Source of the DNA: an uncultured Hyphomicrobiales bacterium
GTDB taxonomy: Bacteria; Bacteroidota; Ignavibacteria; Kapaibacteriales; UBA2268
Length of the DNA stretch: 64,000 bases
Assembly (NCBI GenBank): GCA_964634885.1
Contig: CAZWLN010000011.1
Span: 7,216-71,215 of the forward strand
Direction: 5' to 3'
The translations under genes were made by a program, and so were the position numbers. The notes under the pieces were generated by a model. It saw only the letters and a list, made by a program, of their open reading frames with translations. It was not told where the DNA came from and searched no databases. Shown here piece after piece: positions 12,101 through 19,999 of this stretch; the first letter of the stretch is position 1, and each line of letters opens with the position of its first letter.

Positions 12101-12704
12101 CGTTCTTTTCCACTTCCTGGACAATATCTTCGACACGCATGAGGTCGGTCTGGACAGACTCGAGCTTCTTGGCTGCTTCTTTTCTCCTGGCTTTGTATTT
12201 TGTTACGCCGGCTGCTTCTTCAAACAGGTGCCGCCTTTCTTCGGGCTTACCGCTGAGGATTGCCTCGACCATCTTCAATTCGATGACCGAGTAGGAATCC
12301 GGGCCCATTCCCGTATCCATGAACAGGTCGGTAACGTCGCGCAGCCTGCACTTGGCGTTGTTAATGAGGTAGTGGCTTTCGCCGTTGCGGAACAGCCTTC
12401 TGGTAATCTTTACTTCGGTGTATTCCGTCGGCAGCTTCTGTTTGTTGTTCTGAAGTGTGATGGAAACTTCGGCCATGCCGAGAGGTTTACGCTTGTCGGT
12501 ACCGTTGAAGATGACATTCTCCATCACGTCGGAACGAAGTACCGCAGTCTTTTGCTCGCCGAGCACCCACCTGATTGCGTCGAGGATATTCGTCTTTCCG
12601 CAGCCGTTCGGTCCTACGAAGCTGGTTATTCCTTCGGAGAACCTGAAGGTAGTTTTATTCGCAAAGGATTTGAATCCTATTATTTCTAAATCAGATAAAT
12701 ACAT
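9171..12704 (-). CDS. smc: Chromosome segregation protein SMC
   Basis: GFKSF, Walker A GPNGCGKTN, long coiled coils with hinge, LSSGEK signature, ILDEVDAPLDDAN, THNK. Confidence 0.98.
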   Translation of the reverse strand: MYLSDLEIIGFKSFANKTTFRFSEGITSFVGPNGCGKTNILDAIRWVLGEQKTAVLRSDVMENVIFNGTDKRKPLGMAEVSITLQNNKQKLPTEYTEVKITRRLFRNGESHYLINNAKCRLRDVTDLFMDTGMGPDSYSVIELKMVEAILSGKPEERRHLFEEAAGVTKYKARRKEAAKKLESVQTDLMRVEDIVQEVEKNVNSLSRQASKTMRYNKLMAQHKELDIKLVYHEYDRLKKQEEKLLESGKDTVGKKKEFEEKIGESENHLNELKINLNNLNKEYQKARDLEGELNNALASKNKEIAVINEKIIAIDNDQNRIAREIASFEENSSRIKAQSEEAANKLDETVNKKNETEDSLEGLRTKRDKLLSELNGLREEANMKNEELIRLQNSIETTKTHIARNRQRVETIENNLSENDTEIEKINNSLGDLDGEIEKNEKQKEENQQAIKDAEDELFAAQEEQAALARAIDKLQEDLAELKNAHSRNTAELDFYKGFVDADESTKFLIETEDWNPECVKVLLAEAIGADDEHRVAVEAALGEAAGYFIVDNRQQAFAAFNALKKNEKGKAVFICRDSVPEVMPPGEPVIGDGIIGWLSEIVRVDPQLRNVLRALLGKTLLVDVLQNAIDMVDFGIADAAITMDGELVTSKGIIKGGAIGDTEGLSVGKRERMETLEKEIWELNKTITELAEEYRIAKSNYAAIDINKLNENLRASENNKNKLNNQIAEINFKKQNLVNKRNLIETNLGRFNEEILQINSETGNYESELDEMNGNYAVLKEEYQSVIGGVRNSEKEYDECDETVRASEKVRYQLEAEANSLRKDIDHYRSELTNLTERNTNSRDELQKNDERKQQYKDTLQALALELEALKGTGDQAKTSSEYIEEQINSVQEQIGRHSDELSNLRKGHERFTESMHQYELNLNEYRSLKNSLVVRAKDSFEIELETALFEEDPEFSVEDTKYELKNIKEKLMAIGSVNFMALEDYERESQRLDFYQKQIKDLVDSEKTLKETIDEINQTAETKFMETYAQVNTNFSGLFRKLFGDDGEAHLQLSEGNPLECDIEIVAKPPNKRPNSIEALSSGEKTLTAIALLFGIYLVKPSPFCILDEVDAPLDDANIDKYLNLIKEFSVETQFMIVTHNKRTMSSADTLYGITMQEVGLTKVVSVRMAPEIAQ

Positions 12705-12759
12705 ATTTATATTAAATTTCTAAAATTCTGCTTTTAACAAACTGTAAAAATAAGAAAAA

Positions 12760-13299
12760 TCAGTTCAACATTTTAAATCTCTTGCCGGGAATTTTCAAAA
12801 GCATGGCAAAGAGGCCATAGAATGTGGTATAGAAGGAGCTTGCAATGCCATAGACCAGGAAGTACTGGTACAGGAACCCGCTGTTGAGGTCGATGTGGAA
12901 CAGGTAGTATATCAGGTTGTGGACAGCGGCAGTTGAAAACAGAATTACAAGGAATTTGTAGCTTTTGATGATCTGGTCGGTTTTTTCCTCAACATAGAAG
13001 AAGCCGGCAATGAACGCGACAATTGTTTTTACTAAGGCATTGGTACCGATTATGTCCTGGGAAGCAATATCGAAGAACAAGCCTATTATGAATCCGGCAA
13101 AGACAGCAACGAAGCGTCCTTCCGAGAGGGCAATCCACACACAGAGTATTACCAGCAGGTCCGGGGCGATGTTTCCCAGGGAGATGTAACGCAGGAAGGT
13201 CAGGTGGAAAAGCGTAAGAAGGGACATTGCCACAGCATACCAGATGAGCCTTGTCCTGAATGATCTTGTCCTTACCGTTTTTTCAGATACGATTTTCAT
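12760..13299 (-). CDS. mreD: Rod shape-determining protein MreD
   Basis: Multi-TM protein with PDLLVILCVW and GFIIGLFFDI, directly after mreC. Confidence 0.88.
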   Translation of the reverse strand: MKIVSEKTVRTRSFRTRLIWYAVAMSLLTLFHLTFLRYISLGNIAPDLLVILCVWIALSEGRFVAVFAGFIIGLFFDIASQDIIGTNALVKTIVAFIAGFFYVEEKTDQIIKSYKFLVILFSTAAVHNLIYYLFHIDLNSGFLYQYFLVYGIASSFYTTFYGLFAMLLKIPGKRFKMLN

Positions 13300-13308
13300 T
13301 GTCTGTGC

Positions 13309-14169
13309 CTACTGTTTGTTTGGTTGCTGCCGTGACTGAAGCCTCTTGTCCATGTCCCTGACAAGCTTCTGCAAGTCCGGGTCGGGCAGGTATTTCAGGA
13401 TGAACAATTGCTGCAATGTTGAAAAATTGACGAATGTGTTGACTTTAATAACCAGATGTATGCCTCCGGGGTCTTCTTCGATTTTTGAAATCTCGCCGAT
13501 AGGTATGCCCTCGGGGTATTTACTGCTGAAATAGGAAGTTATGATCTTGTCGCCTTCTTCCACGCCCGAATTTTTCGAGACGTAATTCATTTTGAATGTC
13601 GAACTGCTGTACCACTCGAGGGTACCTTCGATGTACTTGCCTTCGACCCTTGCCGAAATGACAGTGCCGGGATTGTCGATGAGGTCTATGATCGAGTAGT
13701 TTGAAGAAGCGCCGAAAACGTAGCCTACCAAGCCGGCTTCGGTACGCACGGCCATTCCTTCCTCGACACCGTCTTCGGTGCCCCGGTTAACAGTAAGGTA
13801 AGTTTTCATGAATTTTGTGGACTTGCCGGTAATATCGGCAAGAATATGCGGGTCGTCGAGTTTGTCGCGGAAACCGAGGGTTTCCCTCAGGCTTTTGTTT
13901 TCCAGGAGCGCTTTCCTCATCCTGGCAACTTCATTGGAAAGCTGCAGGTTAAGCTCGCGCAGGGACTGGTTCTCGCTTTCCAGCGCAGCGGGATCGGGTA
14001 TAAATGAAAAAATGTCCTGGAGCCAGCCTACGCCGCCGATAATCAGCGTCCTGAAACCGCCCATCCTGGAAGCCCCGTTCATGGATATGAGAAATACACT
14101 GATGATTACAAGGGCAACGAAGGACAGGTAGTCCTTATATTTCATCACAAAATTTATCAGCCTTTGCAT
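13309..14169 (-). CDS. mreC: Rod shape-determining protein MreC
   Basis: N-terminal TM, coiled coil ending ENKSLRETL, LTVNRGTEDGV, YPEGIPIG. Confidence 0.95.
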   Translation of the reverse strand: MQRLINFVMKYKDYLSFVALVIISVFLISMNGASRMGGFRTLIIGGVGWLQDIFSFIPDPAALESENQSLRELNLQLSNEVARMRKALLENKSLRETLGFRDKLDDPHILADITGKSTKFMKTYLTVNRGTEDGVEEGMAVRTEAGLVGYVFGASSNYSIIDLIDNPGTVISARVEGKYIEGTLEWYSSSTFKMNYVSKNSGVEEGDKIITSYFSSKYPEGIPIGEISKIEEDPGGIHLVIKVNTFVNFSTLQQLFILKYLPDPDLQKLVRDMDKRLQSRQQPNKQ

Positions 14170-14198
14170 CGAGCCGCTTTTTCAGTTACTAATGCTTA

Positions 14199-15221
14199 TT
14201 AATAGCGTGTTGCTTTAAGTAATACATTGGAATACTCGGTAATATTCTCAAGCACGTGACCGGTACCGCGTACAACAGCAGTAAGCGGGTCGTCGGCAAC
14301 GTGAACCGGCAATCCTGTTTCCTGTTTCAGCCTGTCGTCCAGTTTGAGCAGCAGTGCGCCGCCACCTGTGAGCATTATGCCCCTGTCGAAGATGTCGGCG
14401 GAAAGTTCCGGCGGTGTTCTTTCGAGGAGGTTAAGAACAGCCTGGACTATTTCATTGACCGGTTCTGCGAGCGCTTCGCGAATTTCTTCGGAACCGACGC
14501 GAATCATCTTAGGAATACCCGTAAGCAGGTCACGGCCCTTGACTTCCACTTCGATTTCTTCGTCGAGAGGTGCCGCAGAGCCGACTCTGTGCTTAATCAT
14601 CTCGGCAGTACGGTCGCCGATGAGTATGTTGTGTACGCGTTTGAAGTACTGGACAATGGCCTGTGTCATCTCGTCGCCGGCAGTACGTATGGATTCGACG
14701 GTAACGATGCCCGACAGTGCAATGACTGCAATCTCGGTAGTGCCGCCGCCGATGTCCACGATCATGTTGCCGATGGGCTCATGGACATTGAGTCCGATGC
14801 CGATGGCGCCGGCCATTGGTTCGGCGATGAGGTGCACTTCTTTTGCTCCTGCGTGTTCGCAACTGTCGCGAACAGCTCTCTTTTCAACTTCGGTAATGCC
14901 GCTGGGTACACAAACCACTACCCTGCGGGCAGGCTGCCAACTGAGGGACACTTTGCGTATGAAAGCCCTGAGCATGCCTTCTGTAATTTCAAAATCAGCG
15001 ATCGCCCCGTCCCTCATGGGCCGGATGATCTTTATTTCCCTGTGAGTCTTGCCGACCATTGCCTGGGCTTCATGCCCTATGGCAATGATGTGCTTGCTTG
15101 ATCTGTCGAAAGCCACAATAGAAGGCTCGTTGAGGACAATGCCTTTGCCCTTCATCCAGATGAGGGAGTTGGCGGTCCCGAGGTCTATCGCCACGTCGTT
15201 TGTAAATATTCTTAACTGCAT
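14199..15221 (-). CDS. mreB: Rod shape-determining protein MreB
   Basis: AIDLGTANS, RPMRDGAIADF, IVDIGGGTTE, GIMLTGGGALL. Confidence 0.98.
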   Translation of the reverse strand: MQLRIFTNDVAIDLGTANSLIWMKGKGIVLNEPSIVAFDRSSKHIIAIGHEAQAMVGKTHREIKIIRPMRDGAIADFEITEGMLRAFIRKVSLSWQPARRVVVCVPSGITEVEKRAVRDSCEHAGAKEVHLIAEPMAGAIGIGLNVHEPIGNMIVDIGGGTTEIAVIALSGIVTVESIRTAGDEMTQAIVQYFKRVHNILIGDRTAEMIKHRVGSAAPLDEEIEVEVKGRDLLTGIPKMIRVGSEEIREALAEPVNEIVQAVLNLLERTPPELSADIFDRGIMLTGGGALLLKLDDRLKQETGLPVHVADDPLTAVVRGTGHVLENITEYSNVLLKATRY

Positions 15222-15376
15222 GCGCTTTCTATCTCATTCTCAACAAAATATTCAATTAATAAATTAACAAAAATAAGAGATTATTATTAATTAGAATAAT
15301 ATTTTCTGTATCTGATGATAATGAAAGGGATAATTACTACCGGTAAGCATGAATTCTCTTGAATAATAATACTCCA

Positions 15377-15916
15377 TTATATTTTTGGGTAAAGGCTGCT
15401 TTTAATGAACTGCATGATATATTCCATCTCCCTGATCAACAACCTTGCGATGGCATCGAGTTCTGCCTGCGGAATATTTTTCGTTTTCCGGTAGCTGCTT
15501 GTCATCCTGATAAGCTTGCCGCCATTGAAATAATACCTGTTCTTTTGGATTTTCCTTTTTTTCCAATTGAACTTATCTTCATAGTACGGTACATTATATA
15601 TGGTGATTGTCTCCAGAATGAAAATCAGGCTGTTGTCTTTGAAGTAGTAATCTGTCTGTACCTGACGACTCTCACCGAGGCATATTTCTTTGATTAGTTT
15701 CAACTCGCCTTTGTAATAATAGCCCGTCAAATCCACGCCGTCGGTTGTAAGTATTACCGTATCGCCTACTAAGACCGAATCGACCGTAGTGTAATGTTTC
15801 TTTTCGGACAGGACCTTCTTACACTCTTTCCTGATGCTCCTGACAAGGGCATCGGTTCCGGGCGCTGCCGCCGCAAGGGCCTGGAAAAGCAGGAGTAATA
15901 TTATGAACTTCTTCAT
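15377..15916 (-). CDS. Hypothetical secreted protein
   Basis: Signal peptide MKKFIILLLLFQALAAAA; 179-aa ORF with no recognised family. Confidence 0.7.
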   Translation of the reverse strand: MKKFIILLLLFQALAAAAPGTDALVRSIRKECKKVLSEKKHYTTVDSVLVGDTVILTTDGVDLTGYYYKGELKLIKEICLGESRQVQTDYYFKDNSLIFILETITIYNVPYYEDKFNWKKRKIQKNRYYFNGGKLIRMTSSYRKTKNIPQAELDAIARLLIREMEYIMQFIKSSLYPKI

Positions 15917-16031
15917 AGTTTATTAGCCACAACCATTTGACAACTATTATTAAATTACTTCAAATTTTAGTTAAATGCAATAAATACAAATATTTCAACA
16001 ATATTTTAATAATTACTAACAAAATGAAGAA

Positions 16032-16106
16032 TATTTGCAAATACTTATAAAATATATTAGCAATAATCCGTTTTATACATTAGATTTGTAAAATATTTGC
16101 AAATAT
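16032..16106. promoter_or_regulatory. Two TATTTGCAAATA palindromes flanking a TAGATTTG -7 box upstream of the AAA ATPase
   Basis: Perfect 12-bp palindrome at 16032-16043, 14-bp ATATTTGCAAATAT at 16093-16106, TAnnTTTG at 16081-16088. Confidence 0.45.
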
Positions 16107-16127
16107 AGATAATAAATAGGTGATAAT

Positions 16128-17396
16128 ATGCTTTTAGAATTCAAAATCCGCAACTTTCGCTCAATCCGTGAGGAACTTACATTGTCGATGATGTCTTCCG
16201 GCAGGCTGGGAAAGAAAGACCTGCCCGACAATGTCGCCCTCCACGACAAGTTCAAAGCCGTTAAAAGCTTAGTCTTGTACGGCAGGAACGCTTCGGGGAA
16301 AAGTAATGTTATACTTGCAATACTTGCATTACAGAATATTGTCTCACAATCTGACAAGTTCAGGATTAATGAAAGGATACCTGTTTATGAGCCATTTTTA
16401 CTCGACGATGAATATATCAATAAACCTGTAATGTTTGCAATCGACTTCATCGGATATGATAATAACAGGTACAATTATCTTATCGAATTTAACAGTGATG
16501 AAATATTAAAAGAAGAATTATTTTTTTATCCTAATGGTGTAAAGTCAAAACTTTATAAGAGAGATGGTTTGGAACTATCATACGGAGACTATTTCTCCGG
16601 AAATAGAAAATCAATTGAAAATGAACTTTTAAAGAACCAATTGTTTCTTTCTAAGTCTTCAACAATGAGGTTTAAATATTTGAATGAAGTGTATTCATCT
16701 ATCATTGCTTATGTCAGTGTAATGAAAAATCAGACTGATTTTGACCGTGGACTTCCAATCGGAATGACAGAGGATAAAACAAAAAGAATGAATAGTATTA
16801 TTAATTTATTGAAAAATGCAGACACGAATATTCATGATTTTAAACTAATCAGACAAAATGCCGCAGAATCTCATTTTGCACAAAGTTTTTTATATAGTGT
16901 TCATGAAGATGAAAAGCCTTATTGGTCGTTTGAAAAAATTAATCTTAAAACAATGCATCCTGTCTTCAGAAACGGTCAAATAGTCAGATATACAGATTTT
17001 GATTTTACCCAGGAATCATCAGGAACAAAAAAACTATTCGGGATAAGCTATCAGTTACTTACCTGTCTTGATAACGGAGGAATTTTATTCGTAGATGAGC
17101 TTGACCAAAGCCTGCATCCTTTGCTTACAAGGATGTTGATTGGCCTGTTCCACAACCCGGAAACCAATCCCAAAAATGCTCAACTGATCTTTGCAACCCA
17201 CGACAGCTACTTACTCGATTCCGAACTGTTCCGCAGGGACCAGATAGGTTTTGTCGAAAAGGGCTATGAAGGGAATTCGGAATTGTACAGGTTGAGCGAC
17301 ATCAAAGGCGTAAGGAAGGACATTCCAATCGACAAGTGGTACCTGAGCGGAAGGTTCGGCGCCATTCCGGTCATCGGAGACTTCAGTCTGAAATAA
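16128..17396 (+). CDS. AAA_21-type ATPase (RloA/AbiEii/AbiLi-like)
   Basis: MLLEFKIRNFRSIR, GRNASGKSN, ESSGTKKLF, LFVDELDQSLHP, QLIFATHD, FRRDQIGF, YLSGRFGAIP. Confidence 0.9.
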   Translation: MLLEFKIRNFRSIREELTLSMMSSGRLGKKDLPDNVALHDKFKAVKSLVLYGRNASGKSNVILAILALQNIVSQSDKFRINERIPVYEPFLLDDEYINKPVMFAIDFIGYDNNRYNYLIEFNSDEILKEELFFYPNGVKSKLYKRDGLELSYGDYFSGNRKSIENELLKNQLFLSKSSTMRFKYLNEVYSSIIAYVSVMKNQTDFDRGLPIGMTEDKTKRMNSIINLLKNADTNIHDFKLIRQNAAESHFAQSFLYSVHEDEKPYWSFEKINLKTMHPVFRNGQIVRYTDFDFTQESSGTKKLFGISYQLLTCLDNGGILFVDELDQSLHPLLTRMLIGLFHNPETNPKNAQLIFATHDSYLLDSELFRRDQIGFVEKGYEGNSELYRLSDIKGVRKDIPIDKWYLSGRFGAIPVIGDFSLK

Positions 17397-17583
17397 TAAG
17401 CAAACAAAAAAGAAATAGACAGGGGATCACACATTTGTGATCTGTCTGCATATACCGATGTCCACAAATTAGTGAAGGCAATGATTGGATAATTGAAATC
17501 TTAGTGGGCTTTGAAGTTGTTCCCGTTCCGAAGTCAGTGGTTGTTTTTGTTCAATGGAAAGACAGGGCCAGGGATAAAATAAA

Positions 17584-17625
17584 AATCATTCCAAACGACA
17601 TCCTGAGAATACATTTGGAATGATT
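17584..17625 (-). terminator. Probable terminator of the RRM gene
   Basis: aatcattccaaa-N18-tttggaatgatt (12-bp stem), followed on the minus strand by a T-rich run. Confidence 0.5.
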
Positions 17626-17715
17626 AAAAGTTTAAGCGATTAGAAAGGATGATTACTAAGCCTTATCAGATTGTGTCAATCAATTCTGATTGAGGGGCTT
17701 AACATCATTCGGATC

Positions 17716-17979
17716 CTAATACATTCTTCTATTTGATTGTGGTTTTTCCTGCGCTAATTTTACAGTGATTGTCCTGCCCTGTATATCAGTTTCATTCAAT
17801 CCGTCCATTGCTTTTCTGGCAGCGTTGTCAGACATTTCGACAAAACCGAAGCCACGAGACATTCCGGTTTCTCTGTCAGTAATAATTTTGAGAGAATCGA
17901 TTTCTCCAAATTCTCTAAATTCCGAAGTCAATTCGGCTTCGGTCATGCTGTTGGGAAGGTTCCCGACAAATAATTTCAT
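17716..17979 (-). CDS. RNA-binding protein, single RRM domain (copy 1)
   Basis: RNP2 LFVGNL and RNP1 RGFGFVEM. Confidence 0.95.
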   Translation of the reverse strand: MKLFVGNLPNSMTEAELTSEFREFGEIDSLKIITDRETGMSRGFGFVEMSDNAARKAMDGLNETDIQGRTITVKLAQEKPQSNRRMY

Positions 17980-18027
17980 ATAAAATCCTAAAAATTAAAA
18001 ATTCTTAATCACTATTGATTAATAGAC

Positions 18028-18093
18028 TACAAAATTACAAATATTATGATTATATATATTACAGAAATCGCAGAATATATTACATAATTCACA
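18028..18093 (-). promoter_or_regulatory. RRM1 promoter: -7 box plus conserved direct-repeat operator (copy 1)
   Basis: Minus strand TGTGAATTATGTAA-N12-TTTCTGTAAT, then 20 nt, then TAATTTTGTA. Same layout as at 27972-28037. Confidence 0.7.
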
Positions 18094-18322
18094 GATTATT
18101 GATAATATTTCGATTTTTTGGTCTCATGGAAGAAAAAAGACGGATGAAGTCTATGGAGTCGAAGGATTAACAAACTGTATGAATGCTTAAAGCTGAAAAC
18201 CGGACCCATGATTGCTGCTTTATGGCTTACACCTGTGTGCGGAGGGATCAATAATCCTTACACACCGGCAGTCTATACAAATATAAGAAATCCAACAAAG
18301 CACAATTGATAAAATTAACTAT

Positions 18323-18354
18323 AATTATATAAATCTTTCCCGGATTTCTGTAAC
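18323..18354 (+). promoter_or_regulatory. Direct-repeat operator (copy 2) upstream of the radical SAM gene
   Basis: AATTATATAA-N12-TTTCTGTAAC, with the same 12-nt spacer as the other two copies. Confidence 0.55.
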
Positions 18355-18417
18355 GAATGTTTTTCAGTTAAGTATTAATTTATTAAAAAGATAAAAGTAC
18401 TATATTGGAATGGAAAT

Positions 18418-19899
18418 ATGAATGCCTTACTAATCTACCCGGAGTACCCGGCTACATTCTGGAGTTTTAAATATGCCCTGTCATTTATAAATAAAAAAGC
18501 TTCGCTTCCGCCTTTGGGTTTGCTTACTGTCGCTTCAATGCTCCCCGTTCAATGGGATAAAAAGCTGGTTGACATGAATGTATCCGAATTGAAAGATGAG
18601 GACATCGAATGGGCAGACTATGTCCTGATCAGCGGGATGACGGTTCAAAGGGCATCGGCACAAGAGGTAATCGACAGGGTAAGGCAATTTGGGAAATTGA
18701 TTGTTGCCGGAGGGCCTTTGTTTACAAACGAAACGGAGTCTTTCAAGAACGTGGATTGCTTTGTGCTCAACGAAGGCGAGGTCACTATCCCTATGTTTCT
18801 GGAAGGACTGAAAAACGGCGACCTGAAAAGGGTGTACTCATCCGCCGAAAGGCCTGAGATGACCAAAACACCGCTGCCGGACTGGTCGTTGATCGATCCC
18901 GGCGATTACTCTTCGATGTCGATACAAATCACACGCGGATGTCCCTACAATTGCGATTTCTGTGATATTGTGGTTATTAACGGCAGGGTTCCGAGATTGA
19001 AGACTGTGGCTCAGGTCAGGTCCGAACTCGACGCAATTTACAACACCGGCTGGAGAGGCAGCCTGTTTATTGTCGATGATAATTTCATCGGCAATTATAG
19101 CAAGGTGAAACAAATACTATCCGGAATAATCGAATGGATGGATGAGAAAAAGAGGCCTTTCTCCCTGTCAACCGAAGCTCCCATCACGCTTGCCGACAAT
19201 GAAGATATTGTCGATCTGATGCGAAAAGCCAATTTTGTGAAGGTCTTCGTAGGCATTGAAACGCCGGATGAAGAAGGCTTAAAGTCATGCGGCAAGCACC
19301 AGAATCTCAACATGAACCTAACCGAAAAAGTGAAATGGCTTCAAAGGAATGGAATCGAAGTCCAGGGTGGGTTCATCGTAGGTTTTGATACAGATACGCC
19401 CGGTATTTTCGACAATATGATCAGGTTCATCCAGGGAAGCGGCATCGTAACGGCAATGGTAGGCTTGCTCCATGCCATGCCGGAAACAAACCTGTATAGG
19501 AAACTTCAACACGAAGACAGGATCATCAACGCGCCAACAGGTAACAATACGGACAGCACACTGAATTTCCTGCCGAAGATGAACATTGACACTCTAACCG
19601 AGGGATACCGGAAAATCCAGGACACTATTTTCTCACCCAAGCCATTTTACAGGAGAGTAAAAGTGTTTCTGAAGGAATACCGCAGTCCGAAGGTATCATC
19701 GGGATTGACAGTGGCTACACAGATAAAAGCGCTTTCAAAATCGATATTAAAAATGGGGATAATTGAAAAAGGAAAAATTCATTTCTGGAAAGTACTGATT
19801 TGGACTACATTTCGCAAACCAAGGTTGTTCCCGTTAGCAATTACGATGTCTATCTACGGCTATCATTTCAGGCAGGTACTCCTGAACCAGAATATATAG
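18418..19899 (+). CDS. B12-binding class B radical SAM protein with DUF4070-like C-terminus (HpnP-like)
   Basis: PPLGLLTVAS B12-binding start, CPYNCDFC (CxxxCxxC), FIVDDNF, GFIVGFDTD, C-terminal YGYHF. Confidence 0.88.
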   Translation: MNALLIYPEYPATFWSFKYALSFINKKASLPPLGLLTVASMLPVQWDKKLVDMNVSELKDEDIEWADYVLISGMTVQRASAQEVIDRVRQFGKLIVAGGPLFTNETESFKNVDCFVLNEGEVTIPMFLEGLKNGDLKRVYSSAERPEMTKTPLPDWSLIDPGDYSSMSIQITRGCPYNCDFCDIVVINGRVPRLKTVAQVRSELDAIYNTGWRGSLFIVDDNFIGNYSKVKQILSGIIEWMDEKKRPFSLSTEAPITLADNEDIVDLMRKANFVKVFVGIETPDEEGLKSCGKHQNLNMNLTEKVKWLQRNGIEVQGGFIVGFDTDTPGIFDNMIRFIQGSGIVTAMVGLLHAMPETNLYRKLQHEDRIINAPTGNNTDSTLNFLPKMNIDTLTEGYRKIQDTIFSPKPFYRRVKVFLKEYRSPKVSSGLTVATQIKALSKSILKMGIIEKGKIHFWKVLIWTTFRKPRLFPLAITMSIYGYHFRQVLLNQNI

Positions 19900-19999
19900 G
19901 TTATTGAGTTGAATAAAAAATAATTGTTCATTTAAAAGTGATTTCTTTTCGGGGGGTACATAATCAACTTCTTCTCAATCCAACGGTTTGAGGTAAATA

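Noticed and set aside
17397-17715. RloB remnant, tRNA or att site at the left edge of the AraC block
   Set aside because: No RloB-like motif, cloverleaf, or direct repeat matching the right edge (~28.6-28.9 kb) could be found by eye, so the block is not called a defined mobile element.
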